Shown: piece after piece, positions 63,343 through 64,000 of the stretch
How positions within the stretch are numbered: position 1 is the first letter of the stretch
Layout of the letters: each line of letters begins with the position of its first letter
Assembly: GCA_020848435.1 (NCBI GenBank)
Contig: JADLAC010000043.1
Span: 670-64,669 of the forward strand
Reading direction: 5' to 3'
DNA length: 64,000 nt
Source: Burkholderiales bacterium
GTDB taxonomy: Bacteria; Pseudomonadota; Gammaproteobacteria; Burkholderiales; WYBJ01
Program-made: the position numbers and the translations under genes
The notes under the pieces: generated by a model
What the model was told of the DNA's origin: nothing
Database searches by the model: none
What the model saw: only the letters and a program-made list of their open reading frames with translations

Positions 63343-64000
63343 TGCCGCAAGAGACATTCGAAGCGCGCCACGGCTCGCAATGGCTGGAGTTCGAGCAATG
63401 GCTGGACGCAATGACCGCAAGCCGCACCAAGCGCAGCGCGGCCGCACCCGCGCTGGCCGAGGCTGCGGTCGCCCACCGTTATCGCTGCCTGTGCCAGCAC
63501 CTCGCGCTCGCCCGCGAACGCCGTTACAGTCCGGGACTGGTGGCACGGCTGAACGGCCTGGTCATTCGTGGGCACCAGTTCCTGTACGGCGCTCATCTCG
63601 ACACGGGTCCGGCGCTGGTGCGTTTCTTCGCCCGCGACCTGGCGCGCGCGGTGCGTACGCAATGGCGGCCGATCGCATGGGCCTGCGCGCTGTTCTTCGG
63701 GCCGCTCATCGTGGTCGCCATGGCGATGCAGCAGTACCCGGATCTCGTTCACATGCTCATGCCTGCCGAGCAGATCGCCGCTTACGAGCAGATGTACGAC
63801 CCGGCACAGCGGCGCGCTGGTGAGCGCGGCGCGCAGGTCGACAGCTACATGCTCGGGCATTACATCTGGAACAACGTGCGGATCGGCTTCCAGACCTTTG
63901 CCGGCGGCATGTTGTTCGGTATCGGGACGGTATTCTTCCTCACGGTCAACGGCGTGCTGATCGGCGCGTCCGCCGGGCATCTGATCGAGATCGGCTTTGC
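63339..64000 (+). CDS. Stage II sporulation protein M-like (DUF95) membrane protein, 5' part (continues beyond the window)
   Basis: Absent from the ORF track because it runs off the edge. The ATG overlaps the RDD stop as ATGA. My translation is MMPQETFEARHGSQWLEFEQWLD...HRYRCLCQHLALARERRYSPGLVARLNGLVIRGHQFLYG...YMLGHYIWNNVRIGFQTFAGGMLFGIGTVFFLTVNGVLIG. Confidence 0.7.
   Translation, partial: MMPQETFEARHGSQWLEFEQWLDAMTASRTKRSAAAPALAEAAVAHRYRCLCQHLALARERRYSPGLVARLNGLVIRGHQFLYGAHLDTGPALVRFFARDLARAVRTQWRPIAWACALFFGPLIVVAMAMQQYPDLVHMLMPAEQIAAYEQMYDPAQRRAGERGAQVDSYMLGHYIWNNVRIGFQTFAGGMLFGIGTVFFLTVNGVLIGASAGHLIEIGF

Overview
High-GC segment (by eye about two-thirds G+C, with strong third-position GC bias) that looks like a Burkholderiales-type betaproteobacterial chromosome. 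That placement is an inference from six intact Bug/TctC-family solute receptors and a soxYZAXB gene order. I can support about 60 genes. In order they are: a partial TAXI-TRAP receptor, a nitroreductase, a DedA-rhodanese fusion interrupted by an in-frame TGA, maeB, and a lone molybdopterin hydroxylase large subunit coupled to a Bug gene. Next comes tRNA-Lys(CTT), followed by a lower-GC islet of about 3 kb with a HigB-2/HigA-2 module, an orphan XRE antitoxin and a frameshifted PEP-CTERM gene. After that are a large PEP-CTERM beta-helix protein with a LuxR regulator and a VapBC module beside a decayed XRE paralog. An orphan acyl-CoA cluster follows: a tandem-fused family III CoA-transferase, a single-chain BC-BCCP-CT biotin carboxylase, an FAD oxidoreductase and an MmgE/PrpD protein. 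The main feature is a sulfur-oxidation supercluster of about 21 kb (34.1-55.3 kb). On the minus strand it carries soxYZAXB plus a YeeE-like transporter, with no soxCD. A tightly packed 17-gene array runs divergently on the plus strand. It encodes an LLM flavin monooxygenase, an AurF-like diiron oxygenase, two radical-SAM LipS-type proteins, a geranylgeranyl-reductase-like flavoprotein, a lipoate-protein ligase, a catalytically degenerate GATase1-like protein, DsrE, shdrC1B1AHC2B2, a Cys-rich ORF, the GcvH-like lipoate-binding protein LbpA and an ArsR-type regulator. This matches the sHdr-LbpA sulfur-oxidation and dedicated lipoate-assembly system characterised genetically in Hyphomicrobium denitrificans. 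The LLM/diiron-oxygenase pair, which is translationally coupled to that system, is the part I cannot assign to any described function. The right end holds ordinary housekeeping and regulatory genes. I found no rRNA, CRISPR array, transposase or integrase. All calls rest on reading the translations and sequence by eye; no database search was possible.
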